DNA of 47,556 nt, taken from IMG/VR virus record IMGVR_UViG_3300038393_001298, positions 1 to 47,556 of that record. One strand, 5' to 3'. This DNA comes from a virus (lineage: Duplodnaviria > Caudoviricetes). The notes beneath the pieces are model-generated. The model did no database searches. It worked only from the letters and a program-made list of their open reading frames with translations, and had not been told where the DNA came from. Positions 6,847 to 14,815 of this stretch are shown one piece after another (positions within the stretch are counted from its first letter, which is position 1; each line of letters starts with the position of its first letter). The translations under genes and the position numbers were made by a program.

Positions 6847-8313
6847 TTACCTCGCTTCGTAATCGGTGGAGACGTAACGATGCTTCTCAGGGACATAGTT
6901 GAGACCGACCTTGCAGACGTATCCAAGCTCCTCGAACCGCGCCTTTTTCTGGTACAGATCGGCTTCAGTGCAGCGTTTGCCCTCTGGCGTGACGAACTGT
7001 GGGCGGTGCACGACAAAGCCCTGATCCACCCGATTGAACCAGTTCATGGATCCTGAGATATCCTCAAGCTCCGGGGGATCTCTCCTAAGGTGCCCTTCTC
7101 GCTTTGACGGGTGCGCCAGGATCTGGACATGGCAATGCATGTCGCGGGCGAACTGGATCACCGCATTGAGGCAGCGCCCGATGTAGTCGGTCTCGCTCTC
7201 TCGGCCCTCGCGGCGGTGCTCCATGCGATTCCACGGATCGATCTGGATCGCCTGGGCGCCGTAGCGAACGACGGCGATTTCAGCGCGATCGAGCAGCCAA
7301 TTCAGATCCGGCTGGCCGTCCTTGTGCTTCAGGAAAACATAGTGATCCTCAATGAAGCGATCGGCGGCGGCCATCATCCGACCGTCCATGTCCTTCTCAG
7401 GGACAAGGCTGTGAAGGGAGCGGAGCTGCCGGCGCAGGTGAGGCTTTTCGCCGGTCTCGAATGTCGCTACCGCCATGCGGAGATTGTATTTGCGCACGAT
7501 CTGAAACCAGATCTGGTTCCATAGCGCGGTCTTGCCGTGGTTCGGCAGGCCGGTGACGACACTAAGCATCCCGGGCGCCAGTTTGATCTTGTTTTCCCAT
7601 TCTTCGAAGCCGGGCGACCACGTGAAGATCGGTGGAGGCTCCGGGATCTCACTCATGCGGTAGAGACCGTCGACCGGCCACGGCAGATAGCCTTGCTCAA
7701 CCAACTCCCGCAGCGCGTCGGCACCGTCGGTCAGCAGGTATTCATTCGCATCCTTGGCCCCGTCCGGCCATTCGAGATAATGGAACCTCGCAATGCCGAG
7801 GATCTGGGCCATGATCTTGCGGAGGATCCGACCAGGCCCATCGTTATCGCCGCACCAGACGATTTTGCCCGCCTTGTTCAGGCCCATCCCAAGAGCATCG
7901 GTCACATAACCGAAACCGTCCGGAGGGCCGTCGTCTTCCTCACGCAGCTTTTCAGGAGCGCCACCGGGCACCGACAACACCCGGTTCATGGGAATGCCAG
8001 CCTCGATCAGCGAAGCGGCATCGAACTCACCTTCAGTGATGTAGACGACATCGAGGGGCCCGTTCAGCACGTTGTCGAGGTTGAAGAACGAGGCCTTGGC
8101 ATCCTTCTTCGAGGTGAACGTCTTCTCCTCCAGACAGCGGGCTTTGAAATAGGTTTCCTGCCCGCCGACAAAGTACGGGAAGATCAGACCTTCGGCCTTG
8201 CGCTCAATGCTGGGAAAATAGCCCGTAGCGGACCTTACGCGCAGCAGATCCAAAGTCGCCGAACTGATGCCGCGTGTTGCTGCGTATGCCGTAGCCGCTA
8301 CGCTGCGTTTCAA
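6847..8313 (-). CDS. Toprim primase plus DnaB-like SF4 helicase (T7 gp4/Twinkle-like), lacking its Zn domain
   Basis: YITEGEFDAAS, GDNDGPG, KDANEYL toprim motifs; Walker A GLPNHGKT; IDPW; HPSK; start uncertain (TTG 8313; frame is open to 8451). Confidence 0.9.
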   Translation of the reverse strand: MKRSVAATAYAATRGISSATLDLLRVRSATGYFPSIERKAEGLIFPYFVGGQETYFKARCLEEKTFTSKKDAKASFFNLDNVLNGPLDVVYITEGEFDAASLIEAGIPMNRVLSVPGGAPEKLREEDDGPPDGFGYVTDALGMGLNKAGKIVWCGDNDGPGRILRKIMAQILGIARFHYLEWPDGAKDANEYLLTDGADALRELVEQGYLPWPVDGLYRMSEIPEPPPIFTWSPGFEEWENKIKLAPGMLSVVTGLPNHGKTALWNQIWFQIVRKYNLRMAVATFETGEKPHLRRQLRSLHSLVPEKDMDGRMMAAADRFIEDHYVFLKHKDGQPDLNWLLDRAEIAVVRYGAQAIQIDPWNRMEHRREGRESETDYIGRCLNAVIQFARDMHCHVQILAHPSKREGHLRRDPPELEDISGSMNWFNRVDQGFVVHRPQFVTPEGKRCTEADLYQKKARFEELGYVCKVGLNYVPEKHRYVSTDYEAR

Positions 8314-8515
8314 AGAACTCGCCGCCGGCCCACCCGCAGTGGTGGCAGAACCACCGGGCCCCGCTCCCGTCGATCGAGACGGAGAGGCACTTGTCGCGCT
8401 TGTGCTTTCGCTTGGCGCTGCACTCGGGGCAAACTGTTCGGAAATGTCCATTGCGGTGAGACCTGGCCTGAATGTGATGTTCTCGGAAAATTTCGTCGAC
8501 GGTACGCGCTACCAT
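8204..8515 (-). CDS. Stand-alone primase zinc-binding domain
   Basis: CPECS..RK..DKCLSVSID..WFCHHCGWAG matches the N-terminal Zn domain of gp4/Twinkle-like primase-helicases; GGGAGG SD; overlaps the upstream gene's stop. Confidence 0.8.
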   Translation of the reverse strand: MVARTVDEIFREHHIQARSHRNGHFRTVCPECSAKRKHKRDKCLSVSIDGSGARWFCHHCGWAGGEFFETQRSGYGIRSNTRHQFGDFGSAARKVRYGLFSQH

Positions 8516-9504
8516 CCGATCAACCTCCCCTCGTCGTCATAGGTGTTGCCGCGGGATGACCATTGGTTCGGGCCGACCGGCGTTACGGTTTCGCCGGCTT
8601 CACGCCACTCAGCGACCCACGGCGGCACTTTCTTGCCGGCCTTCATTTGCTTGGCCCGGGTTATGCCGGCGTCTTCCTCGATCTGCCGGATGGTGGCGCC
8701 GAAATAGGTCGATGGGTCTTTGGCCTTCAGGCAGCTCTGCAGCAGCCGTGTCGCTGCCGGTATGGTGGTAGCCCCGGCGTGCGCGAGCTTGAGGAGCTTG
8801 CCGAGGCGCGACCTAGCAATGCCCTTCGCATCGCATTCCTTGGCAAGGGACCAGAACAGATCCTCGTCGGATTTCTCTGCCGGCAAGTCTGCCCCACCCC
8901 GGGCAGGCGGCACCTCGGAGGTTGAGGCGTTAGCCTCAACCGTAGAGGTGAAACCAGTGTCAAAATGTCTACTGTCTACTTGGGATCCTATGGAAGGATT
9001 GCTTGAAGCGGTGCTTGTAGGATTGCTTGAAGCATTCCTTGAAGGATCGGTTTTGGCCTCCTTCGCTGTCTCCGTTTCGGGTGTTTCCCCCTCAACCGGA
9101 TCGCGACTGCCCCACCGCGCGTCATTCGCTGTCTTGCTCCGTTTCTTGAAGAAACGCTTCTTTTCGAAGGCCTCGATCGTCTTTTCACACACCACAGGAT
9201 GATAGAGCCGCCCATCGCTGCATTCGATCCACCCGTGCAAGGCCACTTTCTTGATTTTCCGCCAGCCGTTCAGATCCCGACCGAGTTCAGCCAACCGGCA
9301 CTGCTCACGCTCGTCGCCCGGTATGCTGCCGGCCGGAACCTGGTGAAATGATTTAAGCCAGAGCGTCACCCCTGCCCGCCATTCCGCATCATTGGCGACA
9401 GCATGGAAGTGCGATGCGAACAGCCGAGCGATATCAATCGGCATGAACGGGAACGTGCGCAGATCGCAATCAGGAGGCGTCAAAGGGTCTGGCAATTCAG
9501 ACAT
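8509..9504 (-). CDS. DUF1376 (YdaU-like) replication initiator
   Basis: PLTPPDCDLRTFPFMPIDI..LWLKSFHQVPAGSIP..CSDGRLYHPVV; lambda O position; internal iterons. Confidence 0.85.
   Translation of the reverse strand: MSELPDPLTPPDCDLRTFPFMPIDIARLFASHFHAVANDAEWRAGVTLWLKSFHQVPAGSIPGDEREQCRLAELGRDLNGWRKIKKVALHGWIECSDGRLYHPVVCEKTIEAFEKKRFFKKRSKTANDARWGSRDPVEGETPETETAKEAKTDPSRNASSNPTSTASSNPSIGSQVDSRHFDTGFTSTVEANASTSEVPPARGGADLPAEKSDEDLFWSLAKECDAKGIARSRLGKLLKLAHAGATTIPAATRLLQSCLKAKDPSTYFGATIRQIEEDAGITRAKQMKAGKKVPPWVAEWREAGETVTPVGPNQWSSRGNTYDDEGRLIGW
8995..9054. repeat. 12-bp tandem iterons (AGGATTGCTTGA consensus), putative replication origin
   Basis: aggattgcttga/agcggtgcttgt/aggattgcttga/agcattccttga/aggatcggtttt inside the initiator gene; adjacent tgtctac x2. 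Confidence 0.7.
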
Positions 9505-9787
9505 TTTCTGCCGGCTCCGACTTAATCAGGTCAGCGCCTTCTTGATCCGCCCAAACCCATTCCTGACTATGGTCGACAATCTTTGGCCAGATGCTAGGCT
9601 TGTACTTCAGCCAAGTTTGCAACGGCACATCTGCGATTTTCGCCAGATCGCCATCCCCTTCCGGAAGCACAATGCCATTCCAGAGCTGCCAGCATAGCGC
9701 CGTGTAAACGACGTATCTCGGCCACCCCAGCTTCTTAGCAAGCGCCTGAAAATTCTCGGTGTGAACCAAGAGCAGATCTTTTTTCAT
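9497..9787 (-). CDS. Short DUF1376-like/HTH hypothetical protein
   Basis: Start MKKDLL with ATGA overlap; LPEGDGDLAKIA..WLKYKPSI resembles YdaU-type winged helix. Confidence 0.6.
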   Translation of the reverse strand: MKKDLLLVHTENFQALAKKLGWPRYVVYTALCWQLWNGIVLPEGDGDLAKIADVPLQTWLKYKPSIWPKIVDHSQEWVWADQEGADLIKSEPAENV

Positions 9788-10221
9788 GCAACACCCGCTG
9801 CCGCCGCGATAATGCGGCCGGTCTGAAAATCGATGATGGAATTGATGGTCTGATCGGCGCACAGGCCGACGGCCGCACGGATCTCCGTGGCGGTGAAATG
9901 AAAGGCGCCGATGCCGTTGGCGCGTAGCTGATTGGCCCATTGGAAATAGGCGTCGATCTCAGGCGATGTCTTCTGATCCCAGCCCACCGGATCGATCGTC
10001 ACTGCAAGGTAGAAGTCGGCGCCGTGAAACGACATGCTCACAAGCAAGTCAGCGTTTCGGCCGCATACGGCCCGATTCCGCTGGATTGCGATGGTGTCAT
10101 TCCCGCCGGTCTGGTCAGAGACCTGGTAACCAAGATCAAGCGCCAGTTCGATCAAGGCAGCTCGAAAAGCATGGCTTAGGTCGAGCTTCTCAATCGTGCG
10201 CGATGTCGGCTTGCTGGTCAT
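9784..10221 (-). CDS. Degenerate DUF559/Vsr-like endonuclease-fold protein
   Basis: ADLLV..LAVTID..LRANGIGAFHFTATEI..CAD aligns by eye with the DUF559 pattern; GGAGG SD. Confidence 0.6.
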   Translation of the reverse strand: MTSKPTSRTIEKLDLSHAFRAALIELALDLGYQVSDQTGGNDTIAIQRNRAVCGRNADLLVSMSFHGADFYLAVTIDPVGWDQKTSPEIDAYFQWANQLRANGIGAFHFTATEIRAAVGLCADQTINSIIDFQTGRIIAAAAGVA

Positions 10222-10364
10222 TGCTCGCCTCCGTCGCCATAGGCCCTCGTGTGAAGCCAGCGGACGTGTTCAGCCCAGCGATTGCGAAGCCGCTCCAGCC
10301 TGTCACGGCGATGACGAGCAAAGGGGAGCGCAAAGAGCGCAAGGAAGGCGCCCAGACGCTTCAA
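10218..10364 (-). CDS. Small hypothetical protein (48 aa)
   Basis: TTG start overlapping upstream TGA and stop overlapping downstream ATG; MKRLGAFLALFALPFARHRRDRLERLRNRW.. Confidence 0.6.
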   Translation of the reverse strand: MKRLGAFLALFALPFARHRRDRLERLRNRWAEHVRWLHTRAYGDGGEQ

Positions 10365-10723
10365 CGGCGTGCCTCCTTGGCGGCTTCAAGCTGGGCGATC
10401 TGGTGGTCAAACAGGGCGATGTCGGCCTCGGATGCGGCCTTGTCGATCCACTCCGGCGGATCCTTCATGATCGCGGCCAGGAGGTTCGGCCCATAGACGA
10501 AGATGAGCCGGACGAGCGCCGGACCATTCGGGCATGTCTCTCGCGCGAACCACTTCTGAACCGTGCCGACTGGCAGGCTGGCATCTGCTGCGACGTTCTC
10601 GGCAGCCTTCACCGGATAGCGCTTGCGCAGGAACGAAGTGACCCGCTCCCGAAGCTCCTGCCCAGAACAGACACCGAACAATGAATTGATGCCCCCGTAG
10701 TTGGGGCTTTGGGAACCGGACAT
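10361..10723 (-). CDS. CII-like HTH transcriptional regulator
   Basis: KAAENVAADASLPVGTVQKWF HTH; GGAGG SD before MSGSQS; cro-cII-replication order. Confidence 0.7.
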   Translation of the reverse strand: MSGSQSPNYGGINSLFGVCSGQELRERVTSFLRKRYPVKAAENVAADASLPVGTVQKWFARETCPNGPALVRLIFVYGPNLLAAIMKDPPEWIDKAASEADIALFDHQIAQLEAAKEARR

Positions 10724-10781
10724 TCCGGACGCCTCCATTGATGCTGATTGCATCGCTGGAGCGGGTTTTGCGTACGGCGAA

Positions 10782-11030
10782 CTACCAAGCATGGTTGACA
10801 CCTTGCGAAGTGACATCGGCCAGCGCGGCAACTTGCCGGGAGACGCGCGAGCCAAAGGAGAAGGCATGGAAAGGATCGGAAAATTGTCCCGCCGCATCAT
10901 CAAGCGGATCAGGGAAGAGCGGAGAAGGGCGAAGCGGCCGGTGCTCTACCGGCTGCCCTCTCACCGAGTTCGACGGACACCGAGAACGGGGCCACATGCC
11001 TGAAAGAGACGACATGACTGCTTCACCCAT
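10782..11030 (-). CDS. Hypothetical protein
   Basis: 82 aa, overlaps stop of ParB-like gene; fills operon gap. Confidence 0.4.
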   Translation of the reverse strand: MGEAVMSSLSGMWPRSRCPSNSVRGQPVEHRPLRPSPLFPDPLDDAAGQFSDPFHAFSFGSRVSRQVAALADVTSQGVNHAW

Positions 11031-11874
11031 TCGCCACCTGCAGGGAAAAGCGAGACAGACGCTCCTCGAGATATTGGTGAATCAGCTGGGCCAGCGTACG
11101 GGCGCGGGTGGTACCCTGAGCCTTGGCCTCTCCTACTGCGAGTTCGTGGAGAGTATCGAGGTCGATATTGTCGAACACGTCGAGCAGCGCACTACCCGCG
11201 TCACGATGCGCCGGCTTCAGGTTCAGTGCCCAGCAGATCGCGTCGATGTTCACGGCGTTGAGGGCGCCGGGGATATTGGCGTCGGTATCCGTGATGCATT
11301 TCAGAGCGGTGATGAGGGTGTTGCGACCGTAGATCCTGAGGCACTTCCGGAGCGTGTTGATCGCCAGGGTTTCGCCTGGCTTCAGTTCAGATGCCAGCTT
11401 GGAAGTCTTGACGACGGTAACGCCGCCGCATTCGCAGCAGTCCGCGATTTCCAGTGCTTCCTTGACGCCTGCGACTATCTCCGCGTGATAGAGGGATAGC
11501 GGTGTCATGGCTGTCTGCACGCCGTTGATGGCTCGGAACGCGGCGGCCTGCTCCTTCCGATCGGCCAGGATCAGCTGGCAGGGCACGGAGGTTATGCCGA
11601 GGATTGCCGCTGCGGTGACGCGGTGCTGACCGTCGACGATGGCGTATTTGCCGCCTTCGATCGGGGAGACGACAACAGCGGCGAAATAGCACCACCGGAA
11701 GTTCGAAACGATCCGGGCGATGTTGGTCTTGCCGGCCCGAGCGATTGGGCGCTGATAGCTATCGTCCACCACGAGATCGCTGATATCGATCCATTCAAGC
11801 TTGGGCGCCGGCCCCATGTCGATGACGACGGGCGCGCTTTTGAAGCCTTCGGTGGAGATCGGCCGGAAGCTCAT
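11023..11874 (-). CDS. ParB N-terminal (ParB/Srx-like) domain protein
   Basis: LVVDDSYQR..YAIVDGQHRVTAA..F.AIN motifs; ATGA overlap with cro stop. Confidence 0.85.
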   Translation of the reverse strand: MSFRPISTEGFKSAPVVIDMGPAPKLEWIDISDLVVDDSYQRPIARAGKTNIARIVSNFRWCYFAAVVVSPIEGGKYAIVDGQHRVTAAAILGITSVPCQLILADRKEQAAAFRAINGVQTAMTPLSLYHAEIVAGVKEALEIADCCECGGVTVVKTSKLASELKPGETLAINTLRKCLRIYGRNTLITALKCITDTDANIPGALNAVNIDAICWALNLKPAHRDAGSALLDVFDNIDLDTLHELAVGEAKAQGTTRARTLAQLIHQYLEERLSRFSLQVANG

Positions 11875-12107
11875 GCCGCCGCCCCGTTCTCCGACCATAG
11901 GTCTGGCCTGAATTCTGAACGAGAGACGACACCGCCGCTTGCTCGCTCGATGGCGACGGCCATTTCAGCCGAGACCCTGGCTCTGCGCTTCGCCTTGTTG
12001 ATCGCCGTCTGAGATACCCCGATCGCGGCAGCAAGCTTCACTTCTGACCCGAAGTGCTTGATGGCGGCCTCCATTGGAGTGAGCGAGATAGGGATGGTCG
12101 ATGACAT
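11871..12107 (-). CDS. cro: Cro-like (YdaS-type) HTH regulator
   Basis: FGSEVKLAAAIGVSQTAI..IERASGGVVSRSEFRPDL; divergent from cI. Confidence 0.9.
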   Translation of the reverse strand: MSSTIPISLTPMEAAIKHFGSEVKLAAAIGVSQTAINKAKRRARVSAEMAVAIERASGGVVSRSEFRPDLWSENGAAA

Positions 12108-12113
12108 AGCCTC

Positions 12114-12203
12114 AAAACCTAAGTTGCACCTTCCTTCCTTTAAAACCTAGGTACTCAGATGTCAAAGACTTTTGTTTTAGAGACAGGGGATAAAACGCAG
12201 GTT
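12114..12203. promoter_or_regulatory. OR operator region with four AAAAC-N4-GT sites, overlapping pR and pRM
   Basis: AAAACCTAAGTT 12114, AAAACCTAGGTA 12142, reverse AAAACAAAAGTC about 12167, AAAACGCAGGTT 12192; pR TTGACA(12165-12160)-N17-TAAAGG on minus; TATAAG 7 nt before the cI ATG. Confidence 0.8.
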
Positions 12204-12215
12204 ATAAGGCTGGCC

Positions 12216-12929
12216 ATGTATTCAGGCGCCAAGATCCGGGAAATTCGTGAGGCAAAAGGCTGGTCGCAGACGGACCTGGCCAAGGCCGTTGGCATCTCGC
12301 AAACCGCCATTCAGAAAATCGAGGACGGCCGAACAGAGCGGTCGAAATTCATTTTCGATATCGCCCGCAAGCTCGAGGTGCCGATTGAGGCGCTGGAGCA
12401 CGATGGGCCATTGACGCCCAAGGTGGAGTCGCTCTTCACACGCGTGCGCGCGCAGGCGAGTGCTGTTCAGCCTTCTGGTCGCGGCAATGCGAGTTCACCG
12501 GTATATCAGCGCTTCCCGCGGGCCGGCATCCCGATCTTAGGCAGAGCCGCCGGTGGCCCGAATGGCCGCTTTATAATGAACGGGGAACAGGTCGGGACAA
12601 CGTTCTGCCCGACGAGCCTTGAAGGCGTTGACGGTGCCTATGCCGCATACGTGTTCGGCACATCCATGATTCCTCGCTATTACCCTGGCGAGACCGTCTG
12701 GGTGAACCCTTATCTGCCTGTTGCGCAAAACGACTTCGTCATTGCCCAGCTGCGCGGCGAGCACGACGGCGATCCGCTCGACGCCTACGTGAAGCAGTTC
12801 GTGTCCCGCAACGGGAAGGAGCTCGTCCTGAGACAGCTCAACCCGGCCGAGGGCGAAGACGAACTGATGATCTTCCCGGAAAGCGCGGTGTTCTCGGTGC
12901 ACAAGATTGTGTTCGCCGGCCAGAGCTAA
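12216..12929 (+). CDS. cI: CI repressor (HTH plus S24 autopeptidase)
   Basis: HTH WSQTDLAKAVGISQTAIQKIE; AAG cleavage site; catalytic GTSM Ser and VKQ Lys; probably leaderless from ATG 12216. Confidence 0.93.
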   Translation: MYSGAKIREIREAKGWSQTDLAKAVGISQTAIQKIEDGRTERSKFIFDIARKLEVPIEALEHDGPLTPKVESLFTRVRAQASAVQPSGRGNASSPVYQRFPRAGIPILGRAAGGPNGRFIMNGEQVGTTFCPTSLEGVDGAYAAYVFGTSMIPRYYPGETVWVNPYLPVAQNDFVIAQLRGEHDGDPLDAYVKQFVSRNGKELVLRQLNPAEGEDELMIFPESAVFSVHKIVFAGQS

Positions 12930-12959
12930 CTCCGCGTCGCGCACGGCCGTGAAATGGCA

Positions 12960-13259
12960 TCACTCCATCCCGTCAAGGTTCTCCGGGGTCTCGCCATATC
13001 GTGCCAGAACCACAGCATCATCGAAGTCGCCGAAGTCTGGATCGCCGGTGCGAGAGAACGCGACGGCGCCGATGTAGGTCACTATCGTGGGAGGCTGCTT
13101 CTTGCGGAGGCTGGGGACCGTCACCTCTTTGCCTAGCATGCCTGCCGCGCGGGACTGGGCAATGGCAGCGTTAGGAGCATCCTTTGCCTCGCCCGCGATG
13201 AGATCGCCGTCCGGCGAGCGGTGGAATGGAAGCGAGACATAATAGGTGACGCGGGACAT
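12960..13259 (-). CDS. Hypothetical protein, second gene of LexA-controlled cassette
   Basis: 99 aa, TYYV..PF..GAVAFSRTGDPDFGDFDDAVVL; AGGGGA SD. Confidence 0.8.
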   Translation of the reverse strand: MSRVTYYVSLPFHRSPDGDLIAGEAKDAPNAAIAQSRAAGMLGKEVTVPSLRKKQPPTIVTYIGAVAFSRTGDPDFGDFDDAVVLARYGETPENLDGME

Positions 13260-13275
13260 AGTTTCTGATCCCCTT

Positions 13276-13518
13276 CTAGGCGGCCGATAAAGCTTCGCAC
13301 CGCCAGTATGGGCGAATTGTCACGTTTCGGCGCTTGGTAAAACGGCGGCACTCAATGCACGCCGCCCGGGTAGCAAGGTCTCCCAACGTCGCGGCGCCAT
13401 ATTCCTGGGCCGTCTTGAGCTCATCGAAGCCGAAACGGCGGATCTTCCCGCAATCTTCGCACTCGACCAGCGCATACGAGAGATCCGTCAAAAGCCGCCG
13501 CCCCAGCTCTTTCATCAT
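13276..13518 (-). CDS. Small zinc-finger protein (CxxC..CxxC), first gene of LexA-controlled cassette
   Basis: CEDCG..CIEC; GGAGG SD before MMKELG. Confidence 0.75.
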   Translation of the reverse strand: MMKELGRRLLTDLSYALVECEDCGKIRRFGFDELKTAQEYGAATLGDLATRAACIECRRFTKRRNVTIRPYWRCEALSAA

Positions 13519-13535
13519 GGCCTCCAAACTCAAAT

Positions 13536-13550
13536 GTTCACTTTACGTTC
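13536..13550. promoter_or_regulatory. Alphaproteobacterial LexA (SOS) box
   Basis: GTTC-ACTTTAC-GTTC, exact GTTC-N7-GTTC consensus, about 20 bp upstream of the Zn-finger gene. Confidence 0.85.
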
Positions 13551-13612
13551 TCTCATAGATTCCAGACGGAAGAGGGGTTGTCGAATCATATTTTGTTAAC
13601 CGCGATGGGAGG

Positions 13613-13676
13613 CCCAAAGTTTTTTCGCCACCCTAGTACTTAGGTACTTGAAGGCCATCAAAACCTAAGTTATAAG
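13613..13676 (+). promoter_or_regulatory. pL promoter with OL operators
   Basis: TTGAAG(13648)-N17-TATAAG(13671); AAAACCTAAGTT at 13660 identical to the OR site at 12114; AGTACTTAGGTACT at 13635. Confidence 0.8.
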
Positions 13677-13720
13677 AACTCATCGACCACGGGGCACCGC
13701 CCCTTTGATGGGTTCAGCCA

Positions 13721-14050
13721 ATGTCCGATTACACCCTCGCTTTCGAAGAGCTTCCGCTTCTCACCATCGGCACTCTGACGGCTGGCGGCGTTGACGGCGC
13801 TGCCGATATCGACCTCGGCGTTTCGTCTACCTCGTGGAAGATCCAGACTATCCGCCTCAACGTCTGGAACGCCCGGACCCGCAAGGCGACTTTCGTCACC
13901 CTGACCGACGAAGACCCCTCTTTCATGCAGATCGCCAACGCCCTGGTTATCCACCCGGTCTACGGCGAAATGATCGAGCGCGCCGTCAAGGAGCGCCATT
14001 CCTCGCCTTCCGCCTATGATCGTGCTCGCGACCTTCGCGAAGCCGCCTAA
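13721..14050 (+). CDS. Hypothetical early protein
   Basis: 109 aa, first gene after pL, GC3-rich codons. Confidence 0.8.
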   Translation: MSDYTLAFEELPLLTIGTLTAGGVDGAADIDLGVSSTSWKIQTIRLNVWNARTRKATFVTLTDEDPSFMQIANALVIHPVYGEMIERAVKERHSSPSAYDRARDLREAA

Positions 14051-14099
14051 CCCCTCACCGCGGGGGTTGCGGCCCCCGCTCTCTCAGGAGAGCCCTGCC

Positions 14100-14765
14100 A
14101 TGAATGTACAGGTTCAGAACTTCACCAGCGCTACCACCATCCCAGCGATGCTGGCTCCCGGCAATGACGAAATGCTTGCGCTGGTCAATGAGTACCGGGT
14201 GCGAGACGCTGCTTACCGCGATGCCCCGCTCGGCATTTCGCGGGAGGAAGAAGAACGGCTGGGCGACGAGAGTAATGTTCCATTCTTCAAGCTTCGGGAC
14301 GAAACTCCGAAGGTGACATCGCTTGCCGGCGCCATTGCCGCGATTGAGCTTGTCTATGAAGACGGAACCAAAGACCTCAAGTCCGACGAGGACATGATTG
14401 GCGCTGGGTTCGCCCCCAAAGTCCTCAAGGCCTGCCTGGACTTTCTGAAAACTGCTGTCGCCCACCAGGCGGCGCCGGATCCTGTGTTCGCCGCGATCGA
14501 GGAATTCAAGGCGGTAGCCGCCGCTTACGAAGCCAGCCCAGACGATCCCAACGAAACGACCACCCGCCTTTGGGGGGAGCGCTGCGAAAAATTCGAGGCA
14601 TTGGCAGCGACGCTCGCCACTACAGACGAGGGCAGGCGCCAGCAGTTGCATACCCTTCGCGACGATGAGGAAGGCTGCTTGGTCGATTGCGGGTCTCAGT
14701 TCGTCGCCGCCCTGTTGAACATTGTCAATCACCAACTCGGCACCAATCTCACCTTGCCAGAGTGA
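14100..14765 (+). CDS. Hypothetical early protein, paralog A
   Basis: AGGAG SD; MNVQVQNFTSATTIP N-terminus; helical repeats. Confidence 0.8.
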   Translation: MNVQVQNFTSATTIPAMLAPGNDEMLALVNEYRVRDAAYRDAPLGISREEEERLGDESNVPFFKLRDETPKVTSLAGAIAAIELVYEDGTKDLKSDEDMIGAGFAPKVLKACLDFLKTAVAHQAAPDPVFAAIEEFKAVAAAYEASPDDPNETTTRLWGERCEKFEALAATLATTDEGRRQQLHTLRDDEEGCLVDCGSQFVAALLNIVNHQLGTNLTLPE

Positions 14766-14815
14766 CCCCATCAATCCGGGGTCATCGGCCCCGGTCTCCA
14801 CAGGAGATCGCCATC

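Noticed and set aside
8314-8451. Ser/Ala/Gly-rich N-terminal extension of the helicase ORF
   Set aside because: It is the out-of-frame reading of the zinc-domain gene and unlikely to be translated as such
8995-9054. CRISPR-like array
   Set aside because: Contiguous 12-bp units with no spacers, inside a CDS; better explained as iterons
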